A stretch of 64,000 nt of DNA from a virus. Below, one piece after another: positions 56,009 through 64,000 of the stretch. The stretch is taken from positions 15,110-79,109 of IMG/VR virus record IMGVR_UViG_3300034071_003115; one strand, 5' to 3'. Made by a program: the position numbers and the translations under genes. Below the pieces are notes generated by a model, which was given only the letters and a program-made list of their open reading frames with translations, ran no database searches and was not told the DNA's origin. Position 1 is the stretch's first letter; each line of letters begins with the position of its first letter.

Positions 56009-56666
56009 CGACCTTATTCCACTGGCCGCAAAAATCGAAGAACTTAAGCCGTGGGGAAAAAATCCAAGAAAGGGCAACGTTGACGCCGTAATGCGATCGC
56101 TTGCAAAGTTCGGCCAGCGAAAGCCGATTGTTGCAAACAGGTCAACGCGAGAGGTCATCGCCGGAAACCACACGTTTGAAGCCGCTAAGCGACTTGGCTG
56201 GAAGCAAATTGCCGTTGTCTGGGTGGATGACGATGAAAAAACCGCAACCGCGTTTGCGTTGGCGGACAACCGCACGCAAGACCTTGGCTACTACGACGAA
56301 GAAGCTTTGGAAGAGTTGATTGCGAGCCTTGACGAACAGGACCTCCTTATCGCAAGCGGCTATGCAGACGACATGGATATTCCAGAAAACGAAATGTTGC
56401 GCCCGTCAACCATTGCAATCCCTTCAGACCCAAATGCAATCACAACGCAGTACACGGACTCGGTTGACGGCACCATCGCCCAGAGGGTCGCGCCGCAGCT
56501 GGACCCAAATATGTCGATGATTGTAAAGATTGGTGGCATTGAGTTGAGGCTTGAGCGACAAGAGGCGGAGCCGTTGGTGAATGCCTACAGGAGGTATGTC
56601 GAAAAGAAAGGAACCGCTACCGGATTCTTCCTCTGGTTGATTGAGGGGAAAGACGTTCCGGAGTGA
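55998..56666 (+). CDS. ParB N-terminal domain protein (second copy)
   Basis: KNPRKG, SL..FGQRKPIV, IAGNH...AA..LG, LADNRT. Confidence 0.8.
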   Translation: MIIDDLIPLAAKIEELKPWGKNPRKGNVDAVMRSLAKFGQRKPIVANRSTREVIAGNHTFEAAKRLGWKQIAVVWVDDDEKTATAFALADNRTQDLGYYDEEALEELIASLDEQDLLIASGYADDMDIPENEMLRPSTIAIPSDPNAITTQYTDSVDGTIAQRVAPQLDPNMSMIVKIGGIELRLERQEAEPLVNAYRRYVEKKGTATGFFLWLIEGKDVPE

Positions 56667-56820
56667 AAGGGGCCGCCCTGGTGGAAAAGGAGGAAACCAC
56701 CAGAGCGGCCAAGGGGCACAAGCCCCAGCGGCGGGGCATGGAAGCCGCCGCACAAAAGACTCTACACCATCAGAATTTCTGAACAAGCTTTTTTGTTTTT
56801 GCATGTGATAACCTATTGAG

Positions 56821-57015
56821 ATGGCAGCAAAAACAGCAGTAAAGAAGCAATCGGGACCGCCCCCAAGAGTTTTGCTTACGAGCAAGACTTGCTACGAGTG
56901 CGGTCGATCCCTTATGTCCAACGATATCTGGGCGTACCGAGAGATTACCTTTCACGGGTTTGCAAAAACCGATGTGAGGCGCTATACTTGCAAGCAACAT
57001 GCTAAGAGGGCATAG
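56821..57015 (+). CDS. Small Zn-finger protein
   Basis: CxxC...CxxH. Confidence 0.45.
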   Translation: MAAKTAVKKQSGPPPRVLLTSKTCYECGRSLMSNDIWAYREITFHGFAKTDVRRYTCKQHAKRA

Positions 57016-57170
57016 GGTGGATAAAGAGCGTCTTCGTCTTTGCGATATTTGCAAGATGAGGAAGCTTGAGATTATTAGCCTTGGTATGGACAGGGGTAAT
57101 GGGTTCCAAAACAGAAGCGTCTGCAAGGAATGCCTCCCAATGGTAATGAAACAAAAAAAGGAGATTTAAA

Positions 57171-57368
57171 ATGGCGATCGTAGACTTCGCGCTACCAATC
57201 ATTGTAGCGTTAGGATTTTCAACGCTTTGGCACACAAGCCTGATCATGTCAATTGTCAACAGAGAGTCAGATACAAATAGAAACGTTGCGCTTTTTGTGG
57301 CAATAACCATATTTGTTGCCAATGTGGCGGCAATTATGTGGATTGCCGCAGCATCAGGTATTGCCTAA
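57171..57368 (+). CDS. Small membrane protein
   Basis: AAGGAG RBS; two hydrophobic helices. Confidence 0.6.
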   Translation: MAIVDFALPIIVALGFSTLWHTSLIMSIVNRESDTNRNVALFVAITIFVANVAAIMWIAAASGIA

Positions 57369-57868
57369 TGGGGGACAGGAAAACCTTCCAGGAGGTCTTT
57401 GCGGAGATATTTAATGAGTCCTGGAACGTTATGATTGACAGACAGGCCAAGTATGGAAATGCAAACATTCAACAGTTAGGCTTATATGGCGTTCTGAGCA
57501 GGGTCGCCAACGACAAGATGTCTCGAGTCATGAAAAGTTTGAATGGCACCATTGTCGACGGCAAGGTCCGCTTAGACGCAATTGACGATAAACATCGAGA
57601 CGAGGCGTTTGAGGACGCTCTTTTTGATATTGCAAACTATGCCCTAATCGCAATTGCGGTAAAGCGGGGCTGCTGGGGCGGCCCACTTGAGGAGAAGACA
57701 AAATGGCAGATGCAAATGACCCAAAGTCAAGACATGAAATTATCCACCTTGGCAAGCACGGCCAAGAGTGGATTGCCGTCATTTGGGACAAGCGAGAAAA
57801 AAGGATTGCAGGCAGCGCAAACGGAAAAGACCTTGACAGGGTCATCGAAACTTGCCGCGAAGTCATAA
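57368..57868 (+). CDS. DUF1599-like nucleotide-modification-associated protein
   Basis: KYG..N....G..G...R..DK..R...ED.L.DIANYALI. Confidence 0.65.
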   Translation: MGDRKTFQEVFAEIFNESWNVMIDRQAKYGNANIQQLGLYGVLSRVANDKMSRVMKSLNGTIVDGKVRLDAIDDKHRDEAFEDALFDIANYALIAIAVKRGCWGGPLEEKTKWQMQMTQSQDMKLSTLASTAKSGLPSFGTSEKKGLQAAQTEKTLTGSSKLAAKS

Positions 57869-57903
57869 GCAGCCTTCAATAATCTAGAAAATTCCCATAT
57901 CGG

Positions 57904-58305
57904 ATGTATGATCCAGATATGGAGCACGAAGAGATCCCTCTTGTTTGGGCAGAGACAAGCAGTCAGGAATCCAAGAGTTTTTATGAGGCCGCGTTTTTTG
58001 CAACGGTCCGCAGCGTAAAAAAGAAAAACGCTGAAGATCAAACCGACTTTGCAGTTCAACAAATCTATCAGTCGGTTGCCAATATCATTGGAATTTACGG
58101 CGTAGAAGAGGACAAAGAAAAAGTGACAATAAAGTACTTTTCCCCGTCTGATGGGTATGGTGTGTGGACGTTTGATATTAGGTTTTCAGTCAGGGGTGAA
58201 AGCAATCAGGTCCTTGCGGCGGCGATGACCCTTCCAGACGCAACGGACCGAGTGAACAAGGAGCTCAAGGCCTTTGTGAGGGGTATGGAAATTGAGCGCA
58301 GCTAG
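57904..58305 (+). CDS. Hypothetical protein
   Basis: ORF in operon; start uncertain. Confidence 0.55.
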   Translation: MYDPDMEHEEIPLVWAETSSQESKSFYEAAFFATVRSVKKKNAEDQTDFAVQQIYQSVANIIGIYGVEEDKEKVTIKYFSPSDGYGVWTFDIRFSVRGESNQVLAAAMTLPDATDRVNKELKAFVRGMEIERS

Positions 58306-58513
58306 AAAATCCGTAAGAAGAATCACTAGGCTGATTGTTGCAGCCCTGACCGAAGAGTCTAAAGAGATCCCTGGAAAAGTTGACTCGGTAAGCAGGCTGG
58401 CATATCTGCTAGGCCTTGACAGGTCAATAAAAATCATTATGGAGGAAATAAAAAAGGAGGAGCATGAAACCGTCGGTAAAATTGATCTCAATGACGAAGC
58501 CCTGGAGCAGTGA
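58292..58513 (+). CDS. Hypothetical protein
   Basis: Overlapped in operon. Confidence 0.45.
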   Translation: MSAARKSVRRITRLIVAALTEESKEIPGKVDSVSRLAYLLGLDRSIKIIMEEIKKEEHETVGKIDLNDEALEQ

Positions 58514-59126
58514 CCAGGATCTTGCTTTTGAGTCCCCCCTTGACCTGATTGAGTACGCCGGAAGAGTTGACTACGGCAGAAAATCCCTTGAAAAGATGGG
58601 CGACAGGGATATCATTAGGCGCTGGATAGAGTCCGGGCATCAGTCAATGATTGAAATGGTTGACGCAACCTTCGCAATTGAGTGCTCTAGGGTGGTTAGC
58701 CACGAGCTTGTCCGCCATCGACTTGCTTCATTCCAGCAAGAAAGTCAAAGGTACGTAAAGTACGATGAAGAGACCCCAGAAGCCCTCTTTTTCATGCCCC
58801 CCGAGGTTGAAGCTAATGAAGAACTTGCAGGGGTCTTTCGGGAGTCAACTGAGGCCTCCCTGGCCGCGTACAGGACCCTTCGGGCTGCGGGGGTGAAAAG
58901 TCAGTTTGCCCGGTATGTGCTTCCAAACGCAACCAGAACAAGGCTTATTATGAAATCAAATTTAAGGGAGTGGAGGCACATTCTCATGCTCAGGATGCAC
59001 TCATCCGCTCAGCCAGAAGCCCAAGAAATAGGCAAAATGATTTGGACCCAATTGATGCCGCATTTCCCAGAGATTTTCGGTGATATTCCAGGCATATTGG
59101 AAGCAGGATCAAGGGCAAATCGTTGA
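58464..59126 (+). CDS. thyX: Flavin-dependent thymidylate synthase
   Basis: H.S..E, HELVRHRLASFQQESQRY, ARYVLP, N.REWRH...LR....AQ.E. Confidence 0.92.
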   Translation: MKPSVKLISMTKPWSSDQDLAFESPLDLIEYAGRVDYGRKSLEKMGDRDIIRRWIESGHQSMIEMVDATFAIECSRVVSHELVRHRLASFQQESQRYVKYDEETPEALFFMPPEVEANEELAGVFRESTEASLAAYRTLRAAGVKSQFARYVLPNATRTRLIMKSNLREWRHILMLRMHSSAQPEAQEIGKMIWTQLMPHFPEIFGDIPGILEAGSRANR

Positions 59127-59211
59127 GTTTCTCCGGCATTGACAAAACCTATGCGTTGCTTGTATCATCCTTGCGCCTACACTGGCGTATCATACAGGGA
59201 GGTATTGAAGC

Positions 59212-59586
59212 ATGAATAAGAACAAAATGACTAGAAAAGACGCGGTGCTTGAGCTGCTTATGAAAAACATTAACGTATGGATTGACGGCCCAAGGATTGC
59301 CAGCCCTGAGGTTGGGGGGAGTGAGGGTCTTAAGCGCCTTCGAGAGCTCCGCGAAGAGGGCCACAAGATTGAGAACAGAAGGCACCCCAACAAGGATCGT
59401 GACGTCTGGCAGTACAGGCTTGTTGGGAACGAATTTAGGCTTCCCGGCATGTGGTCTTGCTCCAGGTGTGGAGAAAGAACAAATGAGATCCCAAAAGAGC
59501 AGTCAAGGTCAAGCCTTTCTGAGAAAATGGTTTTTTTTGGATGCCTTAAGTGCCGCAAGGAAACTATTTGGAGATACACTGAGTAA
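59212..59586 (+). CDS. wHTH plus Zn-finger protein
   Basis: RLRELREEG..IE; two CxxC. Confidence 0.6.
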   Translation: MNKNKMTRKDAVLELLMKNINVWIDGPRIASPEVGGSEGLKRLRELREEGHKIENRRHPNKDRDVWQYRLVGNEFRLPGMWSCSRCGERTNEIPKEQSRSSLSEKMVFFGCLKCRKETIWRYTE

Positions 59587-59587
59587 C

Positions 59588-60220
59588 ATGTATTCGCAGA
59601 ACAATGAAGAAGAGATCATTATTGCCAAGTTTAGTGGCAGGACGGGGTCGTTTTTAGACGTTGGGGCTTACGACGGATTGAACCTCAGCAACACCAGAAG
59701 GCTGGCTGAGCTTGGATGGTCAGGTATCTTAGTTGACGGATCTTCCTTCTCTTTTTCAAGGCTTTTCGACCTCTATAGGGGCGACCCAAATATGACCCTT
59801 GTTAATGCGATGATTACTAGCGACAAAAACGCCACCGAAAGAGTACGCTTGATGTGGGAATCTCCAAATTCCGGAGTTTCAACAATGGAAACGGAAAACT
59901 ACGAAAAGTGGAAAGACTATGTAAAAAGCATACCAAATGTAAGGGCTGAATTTTCTGAAATATATGTTCCTGTTATTACAATGAGGGAAGCCCTTGATCT
60001 CGCAAAATCAAAAAGGCCTGTTATCGAGTTTATCTCGATAGACGTTGAAGGCACATCCTCCGACCTTTCAGTGCAGGTAAACCCAGATGAGTTTATGACT
60101 GAAATGATGTGCATTGAGCATGACGGTAGAGTTCCTGAAATTGTTGCCCACTACGAGCCTTACGGATTTTCTGTTGCTTTACTGAATCAAGAAAATATCA
60201 TTCTTGATCGTAATATTTAG
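59588..60220 (+). CDS. FkbM-family methyltransferase
   Basis: MYSQN.EE, FLDVGAYDG...SNT..L...GW.G, SIDVEG, CIEH. Confidence 0.8.
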   Translation: MYSQNNEEEIIIAKFSGRTGSFLDVGAYDGLNLSNTRRLAELGWSGILVDGSSFSFSRLFDLYRGDPNMTLVNAMITSDKNATERVRLMWESPNSGVSTMETENYEKWKDYVKSIPNVRAEFSEIYVPVITMREALDLAKSKRPVIEFISIDVEGTSSDLSVQVNPDEFMTEMMCIEHDGRVPEIVAHYEPYGFSVALLNQENIILDRNI

Positions 60221-61686
60221 CCTCTTTTTGCAGAGGTAAAGTAGAAGCCAGAGTTTCCAACGTCAGCAGCGTACACAAGGGCGTCAACAAGGTCATCGTG
60301 CTCGCTGTTTGGGAACGACATCATTTCGGACTCAAGCTGCCTGATCCCGGGGCCGCCCTTTAGGTGAAACACCTTTCCGGCCTCGTATCGTGCCGCAAGA
60401 GATCTCGATCTAAATACCTTGTCTCGTTCTGGGCGAACACCCCTGGCCGGAAGCCTGGTCTCAGTGACCATTTCTCTGACAAACGTTGACTGGTACTGAA
60501 CTGCCTCAATGTTGATTTCGGTGATCCTTCTCGGCTCTTCGCCCCACACGTCTTTCTGCCCCTTAAGCCCAACATATCTGGCTGGCCAAAGAAGACGCGG
60601 ACTGCTTGGGTCGTCGATAAGTGTCCCGTCCTTCTCGATGCCAGTTAGCCATTTTTGATGACCTTGCTGGATTCTGGTTCTATATGCGCCAAGAACGTAA
60701 AGATTGTGCTCCTCGTCCTCAAGAACCTCAACGGCGGCAGTGTAGTCAGATCGTTCCCGTTCCGATGCTGCGAGGTCGACCCCAACCCTTCTTGCCCCAG
60801 GAGGGATTTGATCAACATACTTGAAGTACTCATACCTAAAGATGTTTCCACCCATCGAAGTGACGTCGTTTTGATATTGCAAGTTAAAAATTGGGGTTCC
60901 TAGCTCTTCTCTTTTTTGCTCAAGGTCAGCAACGGTGTACATCTCTGGCCATAGCGGCCCTGATTCTTCAAGCGAACGTCGTAGATAGGTTGGAATCCCC
61001 TTGCTTTCAAGCTCGGCGTAAAAGTCGTCCTCATGCCACCTTGTTCCGATGTACCACCTTGTTGCACCCGGCACGAGCATTGGATCAATTACCTGCCAGT
61101 AGGTCTCACTTGCTTTAGTGCGTTGAGTTGGAGTCGCGTTTTCCCGGAGGCCCACGATGTCGTCCGCAATGAGCAGGTCGAGTCGCGGTCCGGGCTTGAT
61201 AGATGTCAGGCCGTCAGCAAAACAGGTTGCATCTTTTCCGAGATTTACACCCTTGATATTCCAAACTTCGTCTGTCCACTTTCCGCCAGCAACTCCGCTT
61301 CTTGCCCAGGGAAAAATCTCCGCAAAAGCAGAAGACTCAATAATTGTTTTAATTGCCCTTGATCGAGCAAGGGCGTCAGAGAGCACTGAAGTGACTACGC
61401 CAATTCGAATCTTTCCCTCGGTTAGCCCAATCATTCTTGCGGTTCTGTGAATAAGCATTGTAGTCTTTGCGTGGCCTCGCGGCATCAAAACCAAAGCTCG
61501 CTCACGGGCGTTAAGGAACTGTTCCATTTCCCTTAGGTGGCGAGGGAAAATAAGGCCGCTTACATATTCCGCAAATGCCGCATCGGATTTAGTCGCTTGA
61601 CCGCGAAGCCATTCCCGATACTGCTCATTACTCGGCGGGTTGGCTGCTTTCGACTTGCTTTGCTTGCGCTTCTTCGTTTCCGACAT
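60217..61686 (-). CDS. terL: Terminase large subunit
   Basis: PRGHAKT Walker A, LIADD, GTRWHEDD, GVDLA, SDYTA, IEA, FP...HDDLVDA. Confidence 0.92.
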   Translation of the reverse strand: MSETKKRKQSKSKAANPPSNEQYREWLRGQATKSDAAFAEYVSGLIFPRHLREMEQFLNARERALVLMPRGHAKTTMLIHRTARMIGLTEGKIRIGVVTSVLSDALARSRAIKTIIESSAFAEIFPWARSGVAGGKWTDEVWNIKGVNLGKDATCFADGLTSIKPGPRLDLLIADDIVGLRENATPTQRTKASETYWQVIDPMLVPGATRWYIGTRWHEDDFYAELESKGIPTYLRRSLEESGPLWPEMYTVADLEQKREELGTPIFNLQYQNDVTSMGGNIFRYEYFKYVDQIPPGARRVGVDLAASERERSDYTAAVEVLEDEEHNLYVLGAYRTRIQQGHQKWLTGIEKDGTLIDDPSSPRLLWPARYVGLKGQKDVWGEEPRRITEINIEAVQYQSTFVREMVTETRLPARGVRPERDKVFRSRSLAARYEAGKVFHLKGGPGIRQLESEMMSFPNSEHDDLVDALVYAADVGNSGFYFTSAKRG

Positions 61687-62161
61687 TGTTCTCCAAATCC
61701 TCTGCCCAAACCTTCAGTCTTGCCGAAAGTTCATTTGCTGTAAGGCTATCAATTTCATGAGGAGACCTTGAGATCTCAATAGCAGAGCCATCGGCTCCTG
61801 TGACCTCTTGTCTTACTGGAGCATAAGCTCCTGTCAGTTTAGCAACCTTGTCTAGTATTTCAATTTGTATCTTAAGGTATTGAACTTCCATGGCTGAGCC
61901 CCTTGCCTTTGAGGCCCCGATTGCTGCCTGCTGGCCGATCATTCTTGCCCTCTGGACGAGTTCCGCCCTGGTAAGTATCTGATCGGGCTGATCCTCGGCC
62001 CACTTCTTTCGGATGTTGCGAATGTGCTCGCGAACAGTGTGTACCGAAAGGTCGGTAGCGGTGGCTATTTGGGCAGTCGGGACGCCATTAAGAAGCAACT
62101 GCGTGATCTTCTCCCGCAGAGCGTCAATTTGGGCCTGTGGCTTTCTTCCTGGTTTTCCCAT
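61628..62161 (-). CDS. terS: Terminase small subunit
   Basis: N-terminal HTH, EVTGADG.AI motif, immediately upstream of terL. Confidence 0.7.
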   Translation of the reverse strand: MGKPGRKPQAQIDALREKITQLLLNGVPTAQIATATDLSVHTVREHIRNIRKKWAEDQPDQILTRAELVQRARMIGQQAAIGASKARGSAMEVQYLKIQIEILDKVAKLTGAYAPVRQEVTGADGSAIEISRSPHEIDSLTANELSARLKVWAEDLENNVGNEEAQAKQVESSQPAE

Positions 62162-62236
62162 GGCGACATCATACAGTAAAGGCACAGCAAAACCAACGTA
62201 TGTTGACTTTCTTACTATTTCTGCCACAATCCAAGC

Positions 62237-62584
62237 ATGCCAGCCAACATCTATGACATTATTTTTGAGCAGGGAACCACATTTGTCCGGGTTGTGACAT
62301 ACACGGACGCAAACAACACGCCTATAAACATTAGCTCTTATACTGGGAGAATGAAGGTTCGAAAGTCAAAAAGCTCACCCGATGAGTATCTTTCCTTGAC
62401 GACAGGCGGCGGCGGGCTTGTTTTGCAGGCAAACGGAGAAATAGAAATAACAATCCCTGCCGCAACGTCGGCAAGAATTCCATCTGGAAACTACAAATAC
62501 GACCTTGAAATTGTTTCCACTTCAGGGGTGGCAATAAGGGTCATCGAGGGGGATTTTAAGGTTTCCGGGGAGGTGACTAGGTGA
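62237..62584 (+). CDS. Virion structural protein
   Basis: I.QG.TF...Y.YDLEI......R..EG...V..EVT motif seen in tail-associated proteins. Confidence 0.6.
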   Translation: MPANIYDIIFEQGTTFVRVVTYTDANNTPINISSYTGRMKVRKSKSSPDEYLSLTTGGGGLVLQANGEIEITIPAATSARIPSGNYKYDLEIVSTSGVAIRVIEGDFKVSGEVTR

Positions 62585-62880
62585 GCGAAGACTTTAATGT
62601 AATCATTACCGACACTAACGGCTCTGCCACTGTTTCGGAGTCGCAGACAACAGTTACGGCAACAACTGGAACATCCGTTGTTCAGCCATCAACATATGTT
62701 CACATTCAATCTTCCGCCTCTTCCACATGGACGATATCTCACAGCCTCGGCAGAAAGCCATCTGTAACAATTGTGGACAGTGGTGGGAACGTCCAGATAG
62801 GGGAAGTCTTGTATGACTCCGACAATCAGATTACCCTAGCCTTTGCCGCGGCTTTTAGCGGCTATGCCTACCTAAACTGA
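62581..62880 (+). CDS. Virion structural protein
   Basis: Q..ASSTWTI.H.LG..PSVT.VD...FSG.AYLN. Confidence 0.65.
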   Translation: MSEDFNVIITDTNGSATVSESQTTVTATTGTSVVQPSTYVHIQSSASSTWTISHSLGRKPSVTIVDSGGNVQIGEVLYDSDNQITLAFAAAFSGYAYLN

Positions 62881-62890
62881 GGAGACGCCC

Positions 62891-64000
62891 GTGAAAGTCC
62901 TGACGAGTCTAACGCTTAGCAGCTTCCTAGACCTACAGAAGAATGAGCTTCGCAATGCAACCATTCAGGTTCTTGCCACCCCGCCGTCTTCGCCTGTCAC
63001 GGGCCAGATCTACTACAACTCAGACTCCAATGACGGCCCAGTTGGCCTCATGGTCTACAACGGCACCGCGTGGGAGTCTGTTGGGTCTATTGACAGTCTT
63101 TCTGGAACCGCCCCAATCCAGGTATCCCTTGCAAATGGTGTTGCAACAATCAGCATCTTGGCGGCAGATGGCGCCGCTGCGGGCTCAATGTCGGCAGCGC
63201 ACTACACGCTCGTCAACAATGCTACCGACGCCAACACTGCAAGCACGATTGTTAAGCGCGATGCATCAGGAAATTTCACTGCCGGGACTGTTAGCGCAAC
63301 AAGCGTAAGCATTTCTGGTTCAGTTACCAACGCAACCGACGCAGCCACTAAGGCATATGTTGACAGCGTTGCCACAGGTCTTGATGTCAAGGCATCTGTT
63401 CGTGTTGCCACCACTGCAAACGTTGATCTTTCAACCGCGCTGGAAAACGGCGATGTAATTGACGGAGTAACGCTTGCCACTGGCAATCGAGTACTCGTTA
63501 AGAATCAGTCAACTGGCAGCCAGAACGGTATCTACGTTGTTCAGGCTTCAGGTGCAGCCGTCCGGTCGACCGACGCCGATGCTGACGCAGAAGTAACCCC
63601 AGGGCTCTTCACCTTCGTTGAGGAAGGAACAGCAAACGGAAACACGGGTTGGGTTCTTACAACTGACAGCCCAATTACGGTCGGCTCAACCGCACTGGCA
63701 TTCTCGCAGTTCTCCGACTCCGCCGCGCTGACGGCTGGCTCAGGACTTACCCTTACAGGAAGTGACCTTTCGGTCAACGTTGATGACTCAACGATTGAAA
63801 TTTCCTCCGACATCCTTCGTGTTAAGGATGCTGGGATCACCTCTGCGAAGCTCGCAACCAGCGCTGTTGATGTTTCAACTTCAACAGTAACTGGAACCCT
63901 TCCAGTAGCCAAGGGTGGTACTGGCGCCACAACTGCAGCAGACAACGCAGTATTCGCTGGTCCTGCAACTGGTGGGCCTTCTGCCCCTTCATTCCGATCA
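62891..64000 (+). CDS. Tail fiber / structural protein (3'-truncated; absent from ORF track)
   Basis: GAGGAG RBS, GTG start; DAATKAYVD..ATGLDVKASVRVATT...DGVTL..G.RVLVKNQ....QNGIY; open to window end. Confidence 0.75.
   Translation, partial: MKVLTSLTLSSFLDLQKNELRNATIQVLATPPSSPVTGQIYYNSDSNDGPVGLMVYNGTAWESVGSIDSLSGTAPIQVSLANGVATISILAADGAAAGSMSAAHYTLVNNATDANTASTIVKRDASGNFTAGTVSATSVSISGSVTNATDAATKAYVDSVATGLDVKASVRVATTANVDLSTALENGDVIDGVTLATGNRVLVKNQSTGSQNGIYVVQASGAAVRSTDADADAEVTPGLFTFVEEGTANGNTGWVLTTDSPITVGSTALAFSQFSDSAALTAGSGLTLTGSDLSVNVDDSTIEISSDILRVKDAGITSAKLATSAVDVSTSTVTGTLPVAKGGTGATTAADNAVFAGPATGGPSAPSFRS

Noticed and set aside
1-64000. Diversity-generating retroelement, retron or prophage integration module
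   Set aside because: No reverse transcriptase, integrase or TR/VR pair recognised in this window

Overview
64 kb segment of a tailed dsDNA bacteriophage (Caudoviricetes; no integrase or RNA polymerase gene in the window; host not determinable, but promoters are sigma70-type). Order of contents: 5'-truncated tape measure, large tail protein and lysis cassette (1-10 kb); a head module split across strands (protease/capsid/connectors on minus, portal+HNH on plus; terminase ~41 kb away); a recombination/replication operon (19.7-28.8 kb); two converging arrays of small genes (28.9-35.3 kb on plus, 35.5-45.8 kb on minus); more small genes, tRNA-Ile(UAU) and tRNA-Arg(UCU); a sugar epimerase/glycosyltransferase/ParB-like operon; thyX, FkbM-type methyltransferase, terminase and the start of a second structural operon. 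The standout feature is the 17 kb array region. About 25 short transcription units nearly all carry their own promoter, preceded by a hairpin whose stem sequence varies but co-varies. In both arrays the hairpin loop sits ~46 bp upstream of the -10 hexamer (one helical turn further in 3 cases). There are 8 class A elements (C-TCC-G loop, GATGAT -10, no -35) and 17 class B 38-bp elements (GTTC-N3-10 bp stem-4 nt loop-stem-N3-GAAC), one of which is a class A/B hybrid where the arrays meet. Two units appear to encode related structured ncRNAs rather than proteins. All protein family calls come from motif recognition by eye, not database searches.
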